Source of the DNA: Balanoglossus misakiensis
Lineage: Eukaryota; Animalia; Hemichordata
Assembly: GCA_040954595.2 (NCBI GenBank)
Contig: CM082588.2
Coordinates: 1,603,935-1,667,934, forward strand
Direction: 5' to 3'
Length of the DNA stretch: 64,000 nt
The first letter of the stretch is position 1; each line of letters starts with the position of its first letter. Below the pieces are notes generated by a model, which saw nothing but the letters and a program-made list of their open reading frames with translations, had not been told where the DNA came from and did no database searches. The position numbers and the translations under genes are program-made. This document shows, piece after piece, positions 57,591 through 64,000 of the stretch.

Positions 57591-60500
57591 TCACACATCA
57601 CTGAAGTTGATAACCACTGGGATGGCAGCCTGGGGTGAAAGCTCAATTTCCATGACGCAGTACAGATCAAGCAGTGTCTGTTTACTCTTCTGCATCACCT
57701 ATAAGACAAAACAAACAACACATCTTGCCTTCTGTGGTACAGCAGAGATAAATGACGTTGTATTATATGGTGACCTACAGAGAAAATTCTAAAATATTTA
57801 CCTGTCTCAGTTTTTCATCAACAGCGCTGTCAACCTTCGCCTTTGATCTCATTTGCTGCAAAACCAAGAATGAAATCTGATATTTCACCCGTTTCTCTTT
57901 TAAGAGGTCCAACCTTTCCATAGAAAACAATGGATTTTGACCAAACCATGGTGGTGAAAGGGGTTAAAGCATGACGTCTCACCTTCATCTCTGGAACAGA
58001 GTATCCAATCAACCTGGTCAACACTCTATCGGAGAGTTCCACCTCTAAGGATGCAGTTCTATCATTGATTTTCGCACGAATGTTCCAAGATGGCCGACAT
58101 GATAAACTGCTTGTCAGAGTCATAATGAAACACTGTTGAAGGGGAGAAAAACGTGTCATATTTTTAAATTCTTTTTACATGCAGTATATATTTTGAGATA
58201 GGATACAGGAGCATCAGAATTACCTTTATCTTCACAACTTTCTTCTCTGTGACAGGCAGATGGTTCACAACATCAGATAAGGAATCTAACTTTGGTGCTG
58301 AATCTGGGGGGAAATGATAAACTAAGTGAATGTCTCGCAAAAGTGATTGTTTGCTAAAATCAACTTCATTCCACAAAATGAAACTCAAACCTTGCTTCAA
58401 TACATTGGTACTTTTAATCTGGTAACAAAGATTATCTGTGTAACGAACCTTTATGAGTGTTTTCACTGAGAAGTTGTAATTCTGCCTCGGTCAAGTTGTC
58501 TTCAAAGTCATCAAAGAGGTCAAGATAATCACTTTCAAAAGCATCTGGGTTGCCATGGTTATTGCTGAGTTCTTCTGTGGCAGGAGATTGGTTCTGTGCA
58601 TATGGGTTCACCCTGGTCTGATTGGTGCCCAGGCCACTGTTGGGTTCTGATTGCCAGTTTGGCGAATTCACTTGTGCGTTCCCAGCTTTTGTGGAAAGGA
58701 AGTTGCCACGGAATTGGTGTGTGGCGGTAGATAGTCCGGTCTTCTTTGCTGTCCCGAGACTTGTACTTGGTTGATTCCTAACAGCATTAAAACTGACACT
58801 GCCAGCTGTGGTGTTGCTTGCACTGGTCAGAAATTGTCTTCCATTGCCAATTACTGTTGTTGATTTATTTGTAACACTCGGTGCTGTTTCTACATTTCTG
58901 TTATCACCCATCCATCGTTGAACCCCCTGCGCCAGAGTGTTATTTTCATCACTGATATCAGGTGACTGTCTGCTGCTAGAAGTGTTGGACTGACCCTGAA
59001 AAATTTACATCCAAGATAAGACACACTAATAGCAATAGCACAGGCATAACATGCCCTATACAAATATTACAAATTTATAAATTTAAATTTCCATTGTATT
59101 GTACGTTACGTTACGTAATGACTTAATGACTTGCCTGCATTTGTAGTTCTATTTCATCAAGATGCTGTAATACATCATCATCAAAAAGATCATCTTCATC
59201 ATCAATATCCATCATTTCCACATCAGTAATATCCGAAGTGCCATGATTCCCAAGAACTTGCCGGCTCTGATTTGCCGGAAACGGCCGTTTAAACTCTTCA
59301 TCACTTTGGTGTGTGACCCTTGACCTCTGCTCCCTCTGTGCTTGATATTCCTGTTGTCTTTGAGTACTTGCTGCTGACCTTTGACCCCTATTAGAATCTT
59401 GTGGCTGAATAGTGTCTTGACCCCTGTTTGGAGCATCATCCTGGCTTCTGATTGGCTGTGCTTCTGCAGCTGTTTCATCTGCCTCAGTGCTATTGGCTGA
59501 TGTGAGCACAGGTGGCTCCACGTTTCTGAGTGAGACAATATTATCAACAGGTCAGCCATTTTGACAAAGTACTCTGGAGACAGTCACTGCTTTTCTGTAC
59601 GGTCATACTGAAAGTTGTTCAACCGTTTTTAGGAATTCAAGATGCCTTCTAACCTCTGGAATGTTTGCAGTTGATGTGGTACCCCAAACGGTTGAGCAAG
59701 CAAAGGTAAGCAAGAATAAATCTAGAGTAAAATATCTTTCTGGAATGCAGGGTCAGGAAACACTGATGAACTTACATGGCTCTAGACAGGATCATGACCT
59801 GTGAGTTCTCTTCTTGTAGAGATTCAACCTCTCCACCTAATACTTTGATGTTGTTAGCTGTTAGCAAAAGAACTCCCAGTCGACACTGAATGTTGCCATG
59901 GACTTGAATCTGTATATAAAGCAAGAAAATGTCCATGAAATTACGACATTTTTGTCTGCAAATTTTGAACCATGGAATCAATTCCTCCCCTCCCCCCCCC
60001 CCCCCCATCTTATCAGAGCTACAAAGCAAGATCAGTGAAATGAGACAAAAAGTCTACCTTAGTTCCAGGTGACATGTTGACATTAAGTTCAGGACAGGGT
60101 TTATATTCCATTCCGCGTAAGGCTTGTCTTCCATCAGTCAACTGAAACATCAGCATTCGGCTTGAGTTTGTCTGCCATTGTTAAAATACCGTGCAATATT
60201 AATTAATTTCCTTGTCTATTCAGTGGACTAGCCACTGCAGAACAAATAGAGATGGTTATAAAATTTTGCTTGCAAGGAATGACCTACCTTCTGTCTTGAT
60301 TGTGTATATGTTGACTCCAACTCTTCTGGGTCAGTCCCTCCTGACAGCTTCTGAAGCTGTGAGTAAGCTGGCTGGCTCACGTCAACAACACTTTCCACCT
60401 TGGCAAATAAATATAAATAAGTTAGGGTGACACTTTGGAAATCAAAGCAATAACTGATCAAACTCTGCGCCCACATTTTCATTGCATTTGTGTGATTTTG

Positions 60501-60991
60501 TCAATATGGTGTATCTGTTTCCTGTGCTCAACACTACCTGTAAATCTTTGAAAGTATTCCATACCTGCAAACAGTAAACTCCTCTCAGAATTGTCTTTTC
60601 TTGTGTGTTGAGTCCAGGAGGAAGAGAAGGCTCAGCCAGTTCCTTCAAGTCTCCATGCAGCCATTGTTCATAGACTAACTCTTGTGTTCTCTGTGCGGTC
60701 AGTGTTGTATTCTATCAAAAGAAAATGTGGATAGATGGAAACGGTTAACATGATTGTGTCTAAGTGTTTAGTCTTGTTCCCAGAACATGTCCTGCCTTGA
60801 ATGCACCATAGTCTTGTCTATGTGATGACTCGTTTTGGAACTCTTGTCTGAATAGTAAAATAAAACAGACATACTTGAACCTGATACTCCTCTTGTATCC
60901 ACTGAATGCAAGCTTCACACCATTCTGTACTGGCTTTGATATGAAATGCCGACTGCAGATAACGCAGTACTGTAGAAGTGGCTACAAACAT
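57591..60991 (-). CDS. RMI1: RecQ-mediated genome instability protein 1, ~650 aa; exons 60991-60875, 60711-60565, 60398-60288, 60171-60058, 59909-59776, 59525-59135, 58995-58449, 58303-58224, 58132-57983, 57855-57802, 57698-57591
   Basis: W.EACIQWIQEE, VYEQWLH.DL, G.YCLQVESVVDVSQPAYSQLQKL, SRMLMFQLTDG...GMEYKP...PGTK and RLGVLLL..NIKVLGGEV (OB1); VKIKCFIMTL..W.IRAKIND.TASLEV...LIGYSVPEMK and LLDLYCVMEI (OB2); 1953 nt in frame using one GC-AG intron. Confidence 0.92.
57883..57967 (+). mobile_element. Copy of the same MITE family retaining the right end (ggtgaaaggggttaa), in an RMI1 intron
   Basis: tttcacccgtttctc...gaggtccaacctttccatagaaaac...catggtggtgaaaggggttaa; the right end is the inverted counterpart of ttaaccctttcacc. 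Confidence 0.55.
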
Positions 60992-61156
60992 GACTGGATA
61001 GATTTCACAGTACAGTCAGAAATTTGAGTACAAGTACATATGTGTGCGAAAAGAATCTGAAAAGAGAAGTTTGAGGAGTATAAGACTTAGTCATTAGTGT
61101 AAAAGAAAACACGTAGGGTCAACGCCCATGTCAACGTAAATGGTCTGGTACTTCTA

Positions 61157-61256
61157 TGTTGTACACCTGTCTTCCAAGAGCAGGGCGTAATTGACCAATC
61201 AGAAGTGCTGCCAGGTCTGTCCGTTTCAGGAAAGTAATTGACCAATCAGAATTACG
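61157..61256 (+). repeat. Dispersed dual-CCAAT repeat in the first (5'UTR) intron of RMI1; homologous copies at ~331-449 and ~53251-53327
   Basis: gtaattgaccaatcagaa occurs twice (61187-61204, 61234-61251), separated by gtgctg..gtct..cgtttcagg..aaa; the same layout is seen in the other two copies. Confidence 0.7.
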
Positions 61257-62091
61257 TATCGGGGTCATGACGAGCTAGCAACTACATAAACAACTTTCAA
61301 CTGCACATCAAGATTAATTAATGAACAAAATAATTGTCAGCGAAGTCTGATCGTCTGTGGTCAAACTTACCGCCAATCTGCCTCCATCTTTGACATGTGA
61401 AGATCGCCCTCAATGACAAGAGTATTATTACTAACGTTTATTTCTGACTGTGCAGAGAACAATTTGTTTTGAAGTGTACTCAGTATTTTGACATATTTTA
61501 GGAGACAAGCAACTACCGATCGAAGTCTTTCATCCCCCATCACTATAAAAACCCCAAACTCTCTCTCCCTCTCTCTCTCACACACATACACAACACACAG
61601 CCACAGCATAAGCTGAAAATTCAGGATATGCCTACATAGCCCCCCCCCCCCTTCCAAAAAAAAAGAATGTGTCAAACTTCGAAGTTGGTTAAACTCAAAT
61701 GCATTTTATTTCAATATGTTAAATGAACAAAATTATATTTCCAATGAACAGTTAGAATAAGTAGGTGATAACTGTGCCATTTGGCATACCATAAACAACA
61801 TTAATGTATACATGTATTCCCAAACTGTTGTGACATCTGAGTTGAAACAATTGTATACAATTCAGTGTTTGTGTCATATCACTAATAGCTAGCAGCTAAT
61901 TCAGCATTAATACAGTTCAGGTTTTCATAGCAACCACAGAAGTTTTGATCAAATTGCACAAAACCGCAGAAAAACGGTGACCAAAGATTTGATCTCAACT
62001 TGAAATAAATTTCATATCTTTTTCATGTTCTCTCTTCCTCTAATCAAACTCGCAAAACAACAATTATCAATTTGATAACAGTGAACTGATT

Positions 62092-63977
62092 TTATTTCTC
62101 AGCACTGTTGTCTGTGTCAAGTTCATCCAGCAAGTTAGCAGACACTTCTGTATTAAACTGAGCACCAATGTCAGCTTCGATGACGTCCAAACAGATATCA
62201 TACTGTTGATCCATTCCAATGTAACTGTCACTCAGAAGATACACTGTGTAAATTACTCTTCCTGTGAAAATAGAAATCACAAAAATAGCATAATTTTATA
62301 CATACATACAAGTACGTAGCTAGACATGTATGTACATAGACAGACGAGCATCAAAGGTGACTCAAATGTCCCGACATATACCAGTCTAAATACACAGAAT
62401 GCTATGCATTGCAATCATATTTGTCCATGACAACACTGAGCAATGTTGAATGTCCATGACATGTACCCACCAGTGGCTTCAGGAGTGTAGAATGCCAGAG
62501 AGGCTGATGATCGTCCATACACACGACCTGTTCTCTTCAATGCCAACAGTTCTTGCTTCTCAATGTCACCCAGTGCTAACCACCAACCTTCATCCTTCAC
62601 CTTGGGAAATCTTGGGGCGTGCACTCGTCTGTCTTTCTGTTGTCAGAAAAATTGATACATCAAGTTCTAAAAGTTGATTCTGGGAACAAAAAATCACTGT
62701 GTTTCTTATCAAATCGATGGTCAGTACATTCCTTCTTAGCAAGTCAAACCATTTCCATTTTATCATTCACTAACATACCTTAGTTTGTGGTTTGTTCACT
62801 CTCTCAAGATCCACATGCAAGACATACTCCTGGTCTGCATGTACTTGTATGAAGTCTTCGTCTGGTCTGACACCACCTACAGCAAACAGAACAGATTAAA
62901 CACAATCACTTGAAGGGATCATTTGACTGTTGCCAAAATGTCAATTTTCAGGACTAATTAAGTAGGATAGTACTAATCAATTATAGAACATTTTCTGAAC
63001 TGTGAGATTGCCCATCATGTGAAATGGCACAAAAGGCAGAAGTAATGTCTTTTTCTCAGAATCAGAATTTCCATATGACACTTACTCTGTAATGATGTTG
63101 ACAGTTGTTTGTCTTGTTGTCCATCATGTTCAGCCCACCAGCCCGACAGATGGAGATTGACATCCATCACTGGAAGTTTCCGTAGCAACTGCCATATCTG
63201 AATAATAGTACAAAAAACTGTTACATTCAAGTGTGAGTAATTTTTAACATAAACTCTCTAGGGCATGTATGAGATAAATTTGATGGCACACATGCCTGGC
63301 TTCAACTTACATCCTCTATTTCATCATCAGACATCTTTCTCTCCAGTTGTCTCTGTAATATATGTCTCTGCCCTTTGCAGGCCGATATGAGTTCTGGAAG
63401 ACATTCGATTGACACGCCTTTAAAAGATCTGAAACAAAAAATATTAAAGTCAGCTTGGAATAATTGATAAAGTTAGCAATAGTTTGCAATTATTAGAGTT
63501 GACATATCCAAGATGTCCAAGGACCTTCTAGTCGTTTGAATTCCAAGCAAAACCTGTCACATACCTGAAGCAATGTAAATGATGTTTCTCAACATGAGGT
63601 AAAGTGAGCAGTGTTGATTCCTGTAACCATCTAGACTGTATGACCATTTGTACTAAGTGCATGATCCGTAACCCTGTCACCAACCAGCCCTGGTCTGCTG
63701 CCACGTCCAACATAGCCTAACACAAAACATCAAAAAGGGTTAAAATCATAGCCTTCAGTGTCTCAACTAAGGTCATAGATAGAAAACTGCTTCACTCTGA
63801 ATACTTACTTGTAAAATCCTGATGGCTTGGTCTAAGACGGATTTGGTGTCTGTGTAGTAATCTGCACTTGGAAGTTGAAGTCTGCTGAAGTAGGCTTGTA
63901 ACAACAAGTGTGCCTTTGTGTGTGAGCTGTCATAGGTGTATGGATTGACCTCCAGTGGACACTGCTGGGCTAAATCT
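62092..63977 (-). CDS. ASCC3: Activating signal cointegrator 1 complex subunit 3 helicase, C-terminal Sec63 region (partial; continues beyond window); exons 63977-63809, 63716-63565, 63428-63311, 63197-63086, 62876-62779, 62636-62471, 62261-62092
   Basis: DSSHTKAHLLLQAYFSR..LP..DY.TDTKSVLDQAIRILQAMLDVAADQGWLVT.L...LVQMVIQ.RW, VHADQEYVL, APRFPKVKDEGW.L.LG, ELLALKR and YTVYLLSDSYIGMDQQYDI match the ASCC3 C-terminus. Confidence 0.95.
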
Positions 63978-64000
63978 CTGAAAGTCAGATTTAAAGATGT

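Noticed and set aside
57328-57594. 88-aa ORF just downstream of the RMI1 stop, considered as a frameshifted extension or readthrough
   Set aside because: No resemblance to the known RMI1 C-terminus in any frame, and no ATG start.
60172-60182. Non-canonical acceptor that would add QWQ (a conserved-looking Trp) to RMI1 exon 4
   Set aside because: There is no AG before caatgg and an in-frame TAA precedes it; the canonical ggcag|aca acceptor keeps the frame.

Overview
AT-rich, intron-containing animal genomic DNA. It looks like an invertebrate deuterostome (possibly a hemichordate), but that is inference from gene content and repeat style. No prokaryotic features or CRISPR arrays are present. 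By following GT/GC-AG splice sites in frame I reconstructed 13 protein-coding genes. Two are tandem paralogues of an unrecognised family (signal peptide + 6-Cys beta-rich domain + GPI-type tail; 1873-3067 and 6161-7055, minus strand). The other eleven are LATS kinase, NDUFAF4, NUP43, EEF1AKMT1, a MATCAP/KIAA0895-family metallopeptidase, COQ3, PNISR, KIAA0930, DNAJC8, RMI1 and the 3' end of ASCC3. A 3.9-kb structured satellite (262/472-bp units, 996-bp higher-order period) lies between the GPI genes and LATS; each unit carries YY1 and C/EBP consensus sites, and the array ends in an inverted copy of its own insert. Other points of interest: a U12-type intron right after the MATCAP catalytic HExxxH motif, a candidate poison 3' splice site in PNISR, a GC-AG intron in an 11-exon RMI1, three tiny TIR/TSD micro-elements, two dispersed short repeat families, four compact head-to-head gene pairs, and a gene order that joins the human LATS1 and LATS2 neighbourhoods. 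Exon coordinates were read by eye and may be off by a few bases.
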